A program made the position numbers and the translations under genes. From the human T2T-CHM13v2.0 reference genome, Homo sapiens: a stretch of DNA of 64,000 nt. The notes under the pieces were generated by a model, which was given only the letters and a program-made list of their open reading frames with translations, ran no database searches and was not told the origin of the DNA. Shown here piece after piece: positions 1 to 20,740 of the stretch. The stretch lies in the NCBI RefSeq assembly GCF_009914755.1, contig NC_060942.1; one strand, written 5' to 3'. The first letter of the stretch is position 1. Each line of letters begins with the position of its first letter.

Positions 1-304
1 GCTTAATGAGATCTTTCATAGAGCAGAAATTTTTAATTTTAATGAAGTCCAATTTATCTTTTTTTTCTGTTATGGATTATATAAAGTTTTATCATAGGTG
101 TTGAATTTTGTCAAATACCTTTTATGAATTTTGTCAAATATCTTTTATGATCATGTGATTTGTCTTATTTGCCCTGTTAATATGGTGAATTACATAGATT
201 TTTAAATATTAAACCAGCCTTGCATCCCTGAAATAAACCCCACTTGGTCATAATGTATGATTTTTTAAAATGTTACTGAATTCCATTTACTAATATTTTG
301 TTGA

Positions 305-586
<282 letters not shown>

Positions 587-1567
587 TAAAATGAGTTGGG
601 AGATGTTCGCTCTGCTTCTGCTTTCTGGAAGAGATTGTGTAGAATTGGTGTTAATTCTTCTTTAAATGTTTAGTAGAATTCTCCAGTGAAGCCATCTGGA
701 CCTGGAAATTTATTTTTTGAGACTTTTTAAATTCCAAGTTTAATTTCCTTAATACTTACAAGGCTATTCAAATTATCTATTGGATAATCTGCCTTGCCAC
801 AGGTTTGTTCATTTTAATTATCTTTCAAATAACTGGGTTTTTGTTTCATTTAGTTTTTGTTATTGTTTTTCTGTTTTCAATTTCATTGATTTCTGCTCTT
901 TATTATTTTCTTCCTTCTGCTTGCTTTAAATTTACTTTGCTCTTCTTTTTTCCTAATTTGTTAAGGTGGAAGCATATTGGTTTGAGACTTTTTCACTTTT
1001 CTACTGGAAGCATTTAGTGCTCTAAATTCCCTTCTCGGCACTGATTCAGCTATGTCCCACAAATTTTGATATGTTGCATTTTCATGTTTATCCAATTCAG
1101 TGTGTTTTTGGGGTATCTTTTGAAACTTCCTATTTGACCCATGGGTTATTTAGAAGTGTTATATTTAGTTTCCAAGTTCTTAAAGATTTTCCTGTTTTCT
1201 GTTTCTGATTTCTAGTTTGATACCACTGTGCACACATAACACACTGTATGTTTTTCATTCTTTCAGACTTATTGAAGTTTGTTTAAGGACCCTAGGGCAT
1301 GCTCTATCTTGATATATGTTCCATGATGTTTGAAAAGAATACGTATTCTGCTGTTGGGTGGTGTGTTCTGTAAATTGGATCCTATTATTTGACAGTATTG
1401 TTGAGTTCTTCTATATTCTTGCTGATTTTCTACCTACTTCTATCAATTATTGACAGAGGCGTTTTGAAATCTCCAAGTACAATTGTGATATATCTATTTT
1501 TCCTATTAGTTCTATTAGTATTTGTTTTAAATATTTATACTTCTGTTCTTTGCTGCTTATGCATTAA

Positions 1568-1889
<322 letters not shown>

Positions 1890-2116
1890 TAAATTTTTTA
1901 TCTAAAGTCTCCTTTACCTGATGCTAATATAGCCATTCTTACTTTCATTTTATTAAGGTTTTCAAGATGTGTGTTCTTCCATCCTTTTACTTTCACCCTA
2001 TATATGTTGTGATTTTGAATTCAGTTTCTTAGACACAGCATTTGAGTCAGCCAGTTTCTTTTAATTGGTATGTTATGTTCAGATATTTCCTTTTTTGTTT
2101 TTGATTTTTTTCTTCC

Positions 2117-2431
2117 TTTTTTTTTTTTTTTTTTTTTTTTTTTGGTTTGACAGGATCTCACTCTGTTGCCCATGCTGGAGTGCAGTGGCACGATCATGGC
2201 TCACTGCTGCAGCCTTGACCTCCTGGGCTCAGGTGATCCTCCTGCCTCAGTTTCCTGAGTAGCTGGAACTACAGGCACGTGCTGCCATGCCCAGCTAGTT
2301 TTTGCATTGTTTGTAGAGATAGGGTTTTGCCATTTTTCCCAGGCTGGTCTTGAGCTCCTGGGCTCAAGCAATCTGCCTACCTTATCCTTCCAAAGTGCTG
2401 GGATTACAGGCATAAGGCACCGCACCCGGCC
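2117..2431 (-). mobile_element. AluJ
   Basis: Full dimer with J-type diagnostics (CCTGGGCTCAAGCAATC, CTCACTGCTGCAGCCTTGACC). Confidence 0.9.
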
Positions 2432-2473
2432 CAGACACTTACTTTTAATGTAAAGTGTATATGATTTCCCATA

Positions 2474-2769
2474 TGGTTGGCCCTCCATATCCCTGGAGTC
2501 AACCAACTGTGGATTGAAAATAGTTGGGGGCAATAAATAATGCAACAATAAAACTATTACAAATAAAAAATATAGTATAGCAAATATTTATATAGCATTG
2601 ACATTATAGTAGGTATTACCAGTATTATAAGTAATGTAGAGATGATATAAATTATACCAGAGGATGTGCAAAGATTATATATACATACACATCACTTGAG
2701 CAAATCCATGGGATTTTGGTATGAGAGAAGGTCTGGGACTAATACCCTGAGGATACCAAGGAACCACTG
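2474..2769 (-). mobile_element. MER2-like TcMar-Tigger MITE
   Basis: TA-flanked ends TGGTTGGCCCTCCATATCC ... GGATACCAAGGAACCACTG; internal sequence matches recalled MER2. Confidence 0.75.
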
Positions 2770-3703
2770 TAGTGTTTTTGAGTATGTTTCTTTGAATAGA
2801 TTTGTTTTATTGGTTGCTCTAAGTATTCTGTTAAACACACATAACTTATCAAAGTCTACTGGTGTCATATTTTATCAGTTTAAATTAAATGTAGAAATTT
2901 GATCTCCCTTTAAGTTCCCTTACCCTCCCCCATTTATAATTGTCTTAAAGAGTTTCTCATTGAGAATAGAACAAGAGAAATTTTACAATCTGAACAACAG
3001 AAATAGACTAAACCAAAAAAAGCCTAAACAGAGTCTCTCATTGAGAAACACATCATAAAATATTGTAAGTTTTGCTTAAATCATCAAATTTAAAATAAGT
3101 TACAGAATAATTTAGAAAAGTGAAGAGAGGAAAAATCTATTATATTTATCTGTGTTTCTATTTTTTTCTATTGTTCTTCCTTTCTGATGTTCCAAGATTT
3201 CCTCTTTTATCTTTTTGTTGTTTTGTTTTTAGATCTCTGTTTATTCTTTAAGGTAAGCCTGCTGTAGTTTTGCTTCATATGAAAATGTTCTTATTTTCAC
3301 ATCACTTCTAAAGGGTACTACCATTGCTGAATATAGGATTCTGAGTTGACAGGGTTGCTTTTTTTTTTCTATCAGCACTTGACAAATGTGGCATTTTCTT
3401 CTCTCCACTGATGTTTTCCACAGTCATTTGCACTATTTTTCTCTATACATAAAATATAATTTCTCTTTTGCTTTTTAAAGATTTTTTTGTCTTTAGTTTT
3501 AAGAAATTTTACTGTGATATGTCTTGACATGGATTTCTTTATCCTATAAGGACTTTGATCAGCTTGATTTATAGTTTTATGTCTTTTGCCAAATTTAGGA
3601 AGTTTTCTTCCTAAATTATTTTTTTCTAATACTTTTTGAACCCCATGCCCTCTTCTGGCTAGCTAATGACATAAATTTACAATCTTTTGTTATGGCTCCA
3701 CAT

Positions 3704-4551
<848 letters not shown>

Positions 4552-5465
4552 GGTTCCACATGTCTCTGACATTCTGTTTAGGCTTTTTTGTGTATATTTA
4601 GTCTATTTCTCTTTGTTGTTCAGACTGTACAATTTCTCTTGTTCTATTCTCAAATTTCTGGTTCTTTCATTTGTCCTCTTCATTCTGTTTTTGAGCAAGT
4701 CCATTGAGTTTTCAAATTTTACTTATTGTCTTTTTCAGTTGTCTTAAGTATTTTCCAGAGCTAAAATTTCCACTTAGTTCTTCTTTATGTCTTCTCTTTA
4801 TTTTCAGAGACTTGCTGTTCTTTTCCTTTCAAAGAGCGTATTCATAAGTGCTTTTTGCAGCATTTTTATGATGCATGCTTTACTATTCTTATCTGATAAT
4901 ACCAACGTTTATGTGATCTTGACACTAGTTTCTGCTGATTGTCTTTTCTTATTCAAGTTGAGATTATCTTCATTTGTGGCATGATGAGTGATTTTTATTG
5001 CATTCTGGACATTTTCAGTTTATGGTGTGAGATACTGATCTTGGTTCTCTAACACCACCCCAGTGAAGATTTAAGATGTCTCATTGAACCATTGGAAAAT
5101 GGACGTCTAGCCTCCCACTGGACCTTTGCTGGTGGGAATGGGGAAAATGAGACCACAGTTTTTCCCATGTTTGGCTGTAGTAGGACAGTTATTGTCTAAA
5201 AGTTTTTTGTCGATATAGACTGCTCCTTTCCTGATCCTTTAGACAGAGAGAGCAGGCTGTTTTTTCCTCTATGACTTTGGAGTTTCTAGGTTGCCAGCTT
5301 CTCCCACATTCAAGGTTTCTAAGGCAAAAACAAAGCCCGGGAAACTCACCACATTGTTGTTTTTCTGCCCCTGTTTCTCACCTTTTACAGTATTCTTATG
5401 TTTGTTTCAAGTATAATGTCTAAGATTTTTAGTTGTACAGGGGTAGACAGAAGTGCAGCTATTTC

Positions 5466-10579
<5,114 letters not shown>

Positions 10580-10670
10580 AGAAGTGCAGCTATTTCATCA
10601 TGTCTCAGAACTGTAAGTCCCTAGAGATTTTTATTAAATAATGGAAAGCAAATACATATGTAAAAGTTCA

Positions 10671-10965
10671 GGCCAGGTGTGGTGGCTCATGCCTGTAATT
10701 CCAGCACTTTGGGAGGCCGAGGTGGTGGATCACCTGGGATCAGGAGTTTGAGACCAGCCTGGCCAACATGGTGAAACCCTGTCTCTACTAAAATACAAAA
10801 ATTAGCCAGGCATGGTGGTGGGCGCCTGTAATCCTAGCTACTCAGGATGCTTAGGCACGGGAATCGCTTGAGTGCGGGAGGTGGAGGTTGCAGTGAGCTG
10901 AGATTGGGCCACTGCACTCTAGCCTCGGTGACAGAGCGAGGCTGTCTCAAAAAAAAAAAAAAAAA
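10671..10965 (+). mobile_element. AluS (Sx-like)
   Basis: Full dimer with poly-A; flanks aaaagttca / aacagttca. Confidence 0.92.
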
Positions 10966-11558
10966 CAGTTCAATAAGTCTAATGATTTCTAATTTTCTTC
11001 CAATTTCATTTATGCAGTAACTATGTCAATTAAATTTTATCAAGTTATATTTTATTATTTTTATTCAAACGTTAGATTTTTGTGGATTGAACAAAAGTAC
11101 TTAAGAAAGCAAGATGACCAGGAAGGTTCACAGTATACTCTGGTGGTAGGCAGAGAATGCCTGTTTTCTGTCATTACCTTTGAAATTTGTTACTTTTTTT
11201 AACTTCTAAAAATGTATACCATCTGGAAAACTACTCACATAAAATAGTTTGAGATCTTTCCAGAACCCAGATCTCTTTATGCCAATTGTCAGTTTAAGCT
11301 GACCATGTTCTCATCTTGTGTGTTGAGTTCCTTTACTTGAAAGTGGTTGGCATTTGACTACAATGCAACCTTTGGGTTAGATGGGAATTATCCTTGGGAA
11401 GAGTTATTTGCTTTCTGGCTTTAGGAGCCCTAATGTTTTACTTTATTTACTTTGGGTCATTTTCAGTCTTCTTGGTTAGCCTTTGTGAAGGAAATATATC
11501 CAAACCATCAGACAGTACCCAGCTGTAACACTGGCCACCTTTAGAACTAGTCATGCTG

Positions 11559-11863
11559 GGCCGGGCGCGGTGGCTCACGCCTATAATCCCAGCACTTTGG
11601 GAGGCCGAGGCGGGTGGATCACGAGGTCATGAGGTCGACACCATCCTGGCTAACACGGTGATACCCCATCTCTACTAAAAATACAAAAATTAGCCGGGCA
11701 TGGTGGCAGGCACCTGTAATCCCAGCTACTCGGGAGGCTGAGGCAGGAGAATTGCTTGAACCTGGGAGACGGAGGTTGCAGTGCAGTGAGCCGAGATCGC
11801 GCCACTTCACTCCAGCCTGGGTGACAGAGCGAGACTCTGTCTGAAAAAAAAAAAAAGAAAAAA
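11559..11863 (+). mobile_element. AluSc8/AluY-like
   Basis: GGATCACGAGGTCA...CCTGGCTAACACGGTGA; 16-bp TSD agaactagtcatgctg / agaactaatcatgctg. Confidence 0.92.
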
Positions 11864-12038
11864 AGAACTAATCATGCTGGTTTCTGGTGCCTTTGTTCAT
11901 CCCAGTCGTAGTTCTGCCATTTCATGTATCCTTATGTTGCTCTCATCCTAAAACAAAGTTCTTTCCAATCAAGACAGTAAAAAAAAAAAATCCAAATCCA
12001 AGTGAGATGCCCGGAGAAACAGAGACTCAAGACATACA

Positions 12039-12345
12039 TTGATTGATTGGTTGATTGATTGATTGACGGAGTTTGGCTCTGTCACCCAAGCTGGAGTGCA
12101 GTGGCGCGATCTCGACTCACTGCAACCTCTGGCTCCCAGGTTCAAGCAATTCTCCTGCCTCAGCCTCCCCGAGTAGCTGGGATTGCAGGCACGCACCACC
12201 ACACCAGGCTAATTTTTGTATTTTTAGTAGAGACAGGGTTTCACCATGTTGGCCAGGCTGGTCTCAAACTCCTGATCTCAAGTGATCCACCCTCCTTGAC
12301 CTCCCAAAGTGCCGGGATTACAGGCATGAGCCACCGTGCCCCGCC
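12039..12345 (-). mobile_element. AluS with a (TCAA)n-converted tail
   Basis: Full dimer on the minus strand; the tail reads (TTGA)n on the + strand. Confidence 0.92.
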
Positions 12346-13129
12346 AGGACATTTTTAATTGAACAGCTTTCACCTCTAGTTATCCTGCCTACTGCCACCA
12401 TGTTTTATCATAGTTAGCTGGTGAAACCCAGAACTAGGACCATAAATCTATCCATTTAATTAATCAGTATCACAATTTATATTTCTAGGCTGAAAGTTGC
12501 CCTACTCTTTGGCCTGCTTTTTAGGTTTATGTAATTTTATCACTTTGGGTCATCTGAAACTCAACCTTCTGCACATTAATATCATATAACAAGAATATCT
12601 ATCTCAAATGAATCCTCCTAAGACATTGCTTTTATTGTGCCACTTCTGAATTTTAAAAACCCATGATAATTTTGTATTAGGTTATGTTTATTCAACCTAG
12701 TATTTGAAGCCTTTTATAATTTGGAACCACTTCTCTACCCATTTGTCCCACTTTTCCTAAGAAATAAAGTTTTTTTCCCAAAAGGCAGATTTGTTTCCTT
12801 GAGATCTTTTCAGTGCATCCTTCATGTTTCTTTCTCAAGCCATACCTTTTCCTCCGATTTAAATATCTCTGTCCTACTTTTCCATTTATCCACACCCTGA
12901 CTCTTCATTATAACACGGTCAAAATCCCACTAAAAATTTCTGGGTCTGGTTTCTTTTTCACATAACTAATAATTTGTTATTGAATATGTCCAAAATCAGC
13001 ACCTTATTGTTTAATGTGTAATGTTGTTCTGTAATTTAGTTTCATTCTCCTTGTCTGAGCACATATTTACTAAGCCCTCTACTCTGCACAAAACTCTATG
13101 TGAGGAGTATTAAAATGAGCAAGACTTGA

Positions 13130-13564
<435 letters not shown>

Positions 13565-14049
13565 TGAATTAATATCTGCTATACACAAGCTGTTGTTTAT
13601 AGTGCTCAGGATGTTCAGGAAAAATATTGGGAAGGCAATCTAATTGAATACCAAATGAGTAGCACAGAATTGTTATAGTAGTTCAGAATCTTGGGACGAG
13701 CTTGTCATTTTAGAATAAATTTGGCATGACATTGGCATTTACTTAAATTGTAATTAATGATTCATTCTGCCACCTTGTTACTACATGATTGCCGATAACA
13801 ACTTTCGAAAGGGTATTATTTTTGTGAGTCACTTTCCAGACTGATCAGAGAAGATTTATCCAGAATATTATTCATGATTGTGCCAAGAACCACCTTAAAT
13901 CATTTTTGGAGCAAAGTAGTGTATGTATAATGAATAAAAATCAAGGCTAATGATAAATATTTACCTTTGTCTCCCACTCTAACAATATGCCTTAATACAT
14001 GTACTCTCTACCTAACTGTAATAAAATTCAGTGTTCACCAGTGAAAAAC

Positions 14050-14180
14050 GTGTCACCTTGAGAGAGTTATGTGCCTGGCCCAGCCCTCACTTTAGTAATT
14101 TATAAATAGGTAATGGTAAAAGTAACTACATTATAGAGTGGTTGTGAGGATCAGTACAATAGTATATATAAAATGTACTC
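14050..14180 (+). mobile_element. MIR fragment
   Basis: Degenerate MIR core (TGTCACCTTG...TATAAATAGGTAATGGTAAAAGTAACTAC...GGTTGTGAGGAT). Confidence 0.55.
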
Positions 14181-15189
14181 CTTGAAGGTAGTTGCTGTCA
14201 TCAAGATCATCACTACTGCTGTAGAGGCTACTGTGACTGATATTATTGCTGCCATTTTTTCACTTTTCTCATAATTCCCTGATTTGGGCATTTTGCATCT
14301 ACATTTACCTACCTATGTGTCACCACCAAATATTAGTCTTAAGCTGTAAGCTCCTGAAGGGAATTAATCCATGTACTTTGTACATTAATTCCAACCAGTT
14401 AGTTGGAATTATAGGCATGTCTTTTGACAATGATGAAAATGACAATATTGTTTTAATAATGTTTTTACACTTCAGAGTTTGATTTCATAGTTAAAGAATA
14501 TACTTTTACAGATAACCAGAGAACATTTCTTAAAAGCCGAGAGAATAAGTGTCACATATTTGATACCAGTGATTAACACTCAACTCCCGGTAGAAAACCT
14601 TTTGGCTGAGTTTTTCCATGGCTTTCCCTCCTCAGTACATGTCAGTGTAGGGCTAAGTAAGCATTGATGGATACAGTGTCTTCCAGTTCTTTTGGAAGAA
14701 TTCATCTTTGACTCAGGGAAAATATGTTGGTTAGTGAGCTGTACCCCTAATTCTTTGAAATGTCAGTATGAGAAGTGGGTGCTTCCCATATAAATGTTGG
14801 TCAGGGTCAGTGATAATTAGAGTTACTAGAATTCACATTGAGACACTGGTGATCGCAGTACACTTGCTTACAATGAATAGAGGGAAGAATTAACTTTCTG
14901 CGGCAGAGATTTAAAGTGCTCCTATTGAAGTATCTATAATTTTGAATTTTTAAATGATATTCTAACCAACTTAATCTTCCCTACCTTTCCTTTAAAGAAA
15001 ATTTAAGTTACTATGAAATCAATTTGTGTTTGTTTATGTATATTTAAGAATTACTCATTTATTTTTGACTAAGTTTTAATTGGAAAATAATTTCTGGGGA
15101 TCTAGCTGAAAGAGCATGGTTTTCCAAAATTTATCATTCAGGTTATCAGGCTTCACAAGATTAGAAATTTTTTAAATTAATTTTTACAG

Positions 15190-15297
15190 GTTAAGAGCTC
15201 AGGCTCTGTTTAAGTCGAGAGAACTGGTTGCTGAAAAACAGCTTACTAAACCCCAAGAACTCAAACTGGATATGAATGGCAGTGACTCTGGACCAAG
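15190..15297 (+). CDS. KIAA1328: Internal 108-nt phase-2/phase-2 exon, probably an alternative exon of hinderin
   Basis: Acceptor tttttacag|G and donor AAG|gtaaac. Open frame LRAQALFKSRELVAEKQLTKPQELKLDMNGSDSGP in unique sequence. I recall this peptide between ...QSRLDYN(W) and (S)LLKSNCDG in long hinderin isoforms; gene identity is from memory, not a search. Confidence 0.7.
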
Positions 15298-15914
15298 GTA
15301 AACCTGAAGTCTCAGTTAAAACAAGAATCTTAAGGGCATAAATATTTAGGATACGTTTGGTATACTTTTATAGCTCTATGTTGATTAATACAGTTTTGTG
15401 ACCATATGAATACGTACATTCCTGTTATACAATTTTGAAAAATATAGAAAAATATGAAAAACAAAATAAAAATCATTCATAATCCTACAACTTTGAGAGA
15501 ATCTTTTGAGCCCTTTTCTACTATTTCTTTTTTGTTTTTTGTTTTTTTTTTTTTTTTTGGTGCGGTATTATAGTCTATATTGAGTATTAAGGATTATGCT
15601 TATACAGAATTTTATGTTACTTTTTTCACTGTATCATATTTTCTGATCTTATTAAATACTCTGTGAAAACATTAATTCATTCAACAAATACGTATTGCTT
15701 GGCAGCTGTGCTCAATATTTATCTATTAGTCTGTTATCGGATAATACAGGGTTTTGCTATTATAAATTTTGCCTTGAAGAACATTTCTCTAAATAAATGT
15801 TTTAAGTTTATCTCTACCTATTTCCTTGTTACAGATTCCTGTAAGTGGAATTACTAGTACAAAGTATATATGAATCTTTTTACGATCCTTGATTCACATT
15901 GCCAAACTGTTTTG

Positions 15915-16650
15915 TGTGATTGCTGGCCTAGCGGCTAGGTCTGCAACAATCAATCTGGATCCTGGAGCTAAAGGGTAGGCCTTGAACCTGGGTCCTGGAT
16001 CCTGGGTCTGTGGAGCCAGCCCAGCACTGGATTCTATGCGGTCAGGCCTAGGTCTGCCTCAGGTTGAGACTATAAAGACTGACCTAGCATGGGGCAGGTC
16101 TGGTGCCTGAGGTCAGGGATGCCAATCTAGACTGGGGCGGGGGTAAACTCAGGCTTTGTGGACTGACCTGGCTCTGGGCTGGTCTGGAATCTGAGGCAGG
16201 CCTGGAATTTGGAATAGCAGGATCTCACCTGGTGCTGAGGCAGGTCTGAATGCTCATTATGTAGTATTGGCCTGGAGTCTGGGACCGGGATGGGCTGCCC
16301 AACGCTAGCTTTTACTGAGGTGGGCCTGATGTTAGCGTCTGAGGCAAAGTCTGGTTCTCACTTCCCTCTCTTCCCTGCCCAAACAGAGGGTATCTCTCTC
16401 TACTGTGTTGCCAGAGTTTGTGGAAAGGGTGCTGCCAGTAATGTAAGTCTGTTCTTCCTACCCTTTTGAATACATTCCTTCTTATTTTTGTGCTACAGCC
16501 TGGTGCTATAATCTCTCACCTGATTTACATAGCTCTTAAAAAGGTATTTTTTTAGGTGGATAGTTATTCAAATTGATGTTTCTGATGGGGGAGATGGGAG
16601 GGGCAGGGACGAGTCCTTGAAAGTCCTATTCTGCCATCTTGCTGACGTCC
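15915..16650 (-). mobile_element. Old L1M (L1M2/L1M3-type) 5'-end fragment
   Basis: GC-rich degenerate tandem units ending in ...CCTATTCTGCCATCTTG, the reverse of the CAAGATGGCAGAATAGG L1 start. Confidence 0.6.
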
Positions 16651-17069
16651 CTCTTCCTACAAGCAGTTTTGACTGTTTTAGATGTTTCCTCTTTTATCTG
16701 TTCCTTCTAGTATTTATATCCATATTTCTGAATAACAGACTTATGTAGTCATTAAGTATTGACTTTCTGCTATGGAAATTGATGATTTAGCTCTCACTGA
16801 TAACTATCTATTTGCTCCCTCCTTTTCTCCCTTTTATCTTCCTCTCTTTACCTTTCTTTCTCCCTTTTTCCCTCTCCTCCCTCTCTCCATATTTCTCTCT
16901 ACATATATAACATAGCCCCACACGTGCTGTTTCCTTCCTTCTGTCCTCTCAATATATCTATATCAAAATATTTATAAGATTGTAAATATTTTATGCACAG
17001 CTGAACTATCTACTATTCTTAAATTTAATTTTGTATAATTATTTTCTCTGGAGTTTAAAAATGCCTTAT

Positions 17070-17440
17070 TCAGCACAGAAAGACAAATACAGTGTGATCT
17101 CTCTTATATGTAGAATCCAAAAAGGTTGAATCAATGGTCACCAGGGCCTGGGGGGTTGGGGGCCTGGTCTTTGCTCAAAGACTGCAAAGTTTCAGTGAGC
17201 TTGAATAAGTTCTGGAGGTCTGTTGTATAACATGGTAACTATGGCTATAATAACATGTCATATAGTTGAATATTACTAAGAGGGTAGATGCTAAGTGTTC
17301 TCACCACAAAAATATATAAATATGTAAGGTGATGGATTTGTTAACCAGCTTGATTTAATCATTTTGCAATGAATACATACAGTATATCAAAACATCACTT
17401 TGTATACAATAAATATATACAGTGTTTACCAATTACAATT
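17070..17440 (+). mobile_element. L1MA 3'UTR fragment
   Basis: CACAGAAAGACAAATAC...GGTGATGGATTTGTTAACCAGCTTGATTTAATCATT...ATCAAAACATCAC. Confidence 0.7.
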
Positions 17441-17449
17441 TACAAGATA

Positions 17450-19410
17450 TCCCTCCTGGAGACTTCCATAAAATCCTGCTCTAGTATGAACTTTATTATT
17501 CTCTAGGCATTTTGTCTAGTGATTTCATCTGAAATTTCCTTACCTATCATCCTGGAAATTTTCTCTTTTTTATCTTATATTCCTTTTTTCCTGGATCACA
17601 TGCTATCCTCTTTTTGGTTTATACCCTTTCATCTTACTAAAACATGCGCTGCAGTAGCTTACTGTAGGAGTGCAGAGGCAGTAATCTTTTTGTGTCACAC
17701 CTCTGAAAAATGTCTTTAGTCAATCTTCATGTTTAATTTATAGTTTAGCTTTATATAGCATTCTGACTTAGTAGTTTTCCTTAGAAAGGATTGAAGGTTG
17801 TATTCTATTACCTTCTAGTTTCTAGTATTGCCATTAAGAAGTGTGTTGCAGTCTGATTCTTGATCTTTTTATGTGACCTATTCCCCATCACAACTATTAG
17901 GACTTATCTTTCTCTAAAATTCTAAAAATGTATGCTGATATGCATAAGTTACACCTTTTTCCATTCATGCAGAATCTTTTAACTGGCAAACTTTCTTCAA
18001 TTTGGAGAAATTTCCTTTGCTAATGTATTGTCTCTTTTGAGAACTCATCTTACTGAGATGTTGACTCTGTTAGAATAAACTCTGATTTTCTTATTTTTCT
18101 CTCCTATATTTCATATCAGGTTTTTTTGTTTGTTTCTTTGTTTGAGACAGGGTTTTACTCTGTTGCCCAGGCTCAAGTTCAGCGGCACAATCACAGCTCA
18201 TTGCATTCTTGATCTCCTGGGCTCAGTGATCCTCCCCACTCAGCCTCCCAGGTAGCTAGGACTGCAGGTGCATGCCACTATACCCAACCAATTTTTTGTA
18301 TTTTTTTTAGAGACGGGGTTTTGCCATGTTACCCAGGCTTGTCTCAAACTCCTGGGCTCAAGTAATCTACCCGCCTCAGCTTCCCAAAGAGCTGGGATTA
18401 TAGGCATGAGCTACTGCACCCAGTGTTAGAATTCTTAATTTCTGAAAACATCTTATTCTTAGAAAGGCCATTTTTTAAAATAAGAACTCATTCTCATTTT
18501 ACATATGCAATGTTTTTGTCTTATCTCTGAGAATATTCGTAATAATTTTTGAAGTTTTATCTCTTCCTGCTGAATTGTGTCTATTTTCACCAAGTTCAGA
18601 TTGCCTTTTTCCACAAATGTCTGATGATCCACCTATATTGTGAAGCAAAACAATAAAAATCTGTGAAAAGCTCTCAGTATATTATGAACAGAGCTTGTCA
18701 GCTAATGGACTTCACCATGATCAGGTAGGCACGCTGGGGACTCTTACTTGCTACTATCCATAGATTTTCTTCTCTTGGGATGATCAGTTTCCCTAGGGAT
18801 AAATCTCTTGCAGGTGTGAGAATAAGGGATAGAAGCATTATTTAACTTTCATGCCAATGTGGGGAGCCAGGGGGAGTAAAAAAAAATGGGCTCATCACTT
18901 GTTACATAGGCTTTCATTTAATCTCCCTCTTAACTATATGGATTTCTGCCCTCAATGTATTTCAGGCCCCAAGTTCAGGGTCATTCTTTTTCAGCCTCTC
19001 CTGGGGGATAAACCTCCAGTCATCTTCATACAATGGGGACAGATAGAGGAGGACACGTTGGCTTTTCACTGCTATAGAGACTTTAAATCAGCTGTGCTTT
19101 CACTACCATCTGCATTTCTACCTGCTTCCTCCAGTCTCTGAGCCTTTGAGGAGTTCTCTGACATGTTTCAGCTTACAGCATCTTTTCAACCCCAGCTAGC
19201 AGATATTTCAGTTTTGACTTTTCTGCTTGGCTAGTTGAGTTTCAACTGATACACCTGCTTTCCAGCCTTCTAAAATTCTATAACATCTCTTCTCTGTTGT
19301 GCTGTCTTCACTTTGCAGCTTCATAGGTTTTATAACTTTTTTGTTCTTTTAATATTAATTTTCAGTGGTTTTAGAAGAGAATAGAGATACGTATTCAATC
19401 AGTCATGTAA
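17450..19410 (-). mobile_element. Very old L1ME/HAL1-type ORF1/5' remnant
   Basis: T-rich degenerate reverse ORF1-like sequence (e.g. CTTCTAGTTTCTAGTATTGCCATTAAGAAG...CAGTCTGATTC). Boundaries uncertain. Confidence 0.4.
18121..18423 (-). mobile_element. AluJ
   Basis: Diverged dimer with J diagnostics (CCTGGGCTCAAG). Confidence 0.88.
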
Positions 19411-20437
19411 ATTAGCTCTCCAATACTTATTTGTATATTTAAACCATATTTGGCAATTTAGTAGGCAGAAAGATGGAATCTTGTAATTTGCAGTCACTCT
19501 GTATTCAATTAGAATGAGCACTTTTCTATGTTTATTAATGCTTTGTGTTTCTTTGTGGAATTTTCACTTCCTATGTTCATATTTTTTATATAGGGACATT
19601 ATAGTTCTTCTTTAGTTCATACGTATTTTTTAATTTAATTTTTTTATTTTTAATACTATTCATGTTTATCTGTATCTTTACTGATTCACTTTCTTACTTG
19701 CTTATGGTAGAAAGAAATATAAAATTCTGATAATACTAAAGAAGAAAATAAAATATACCTATAATCTCATCATCTGGAGGTAATCTTTGTATGTATTACT
19801 ATTTCTTATTTATTCATGAGTATGTATTTTTATATTATAAATTTTGTTTCATAAACCACCTTAAAAATTTTTAATGGAACTTTAAAAAATTTTTAATGTC
19901 AACATATCTCTTATAAAAAGTAAAACATCAAAGACATATTAAGAAAGTATCAGTCATTTTTCATTTTTTATTCTGTTGTCTGTCCTGACTGTCTTGGTTG
20001 AATTAGAGTTAGCACTCTAATATGTATCCTTCTAAACCTTTCTTTATGCTTACAAATATATACAACATGTGTATATATTTGAAATCAAATTGAACACTTT
20101 TTTCTCATTTAACAGTACATAATGGTTATTTATCAGAGCTATAGTAAGTAGAGTAATTCTGCCCCAAAGGTATCCATGTTCTATTAATAATTTCCTAGGA
20201 GGGTGTGGTGGGGGAGGGGACGTGTATATGTGTGTATGTGTGTGTTTGAGGTAGGGAGGATAGGTCCCTATCTCTAGCCTATCAAAATTCTATACTGTCT
20301 TTTGTGACTTATCTCAAATAGTATCTCTTCCAGAAATATTTTCTTTGCATTTCTTTTATAGTCCTTATATTATGTATAGATGATAAATATTTGTACATTT
20401 GCGTTATTCTACTATTAGGGTACTTGAAGGTAGTGGC

Positions 20438-20740
<303 letters not shown>

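Noticed and set aside
102-147. 23-bp tandem duplication (a similar one at ~19860-19897)
   Set aside because: Ordinary slippage duplication inside old repeat or AT-rich DNA.
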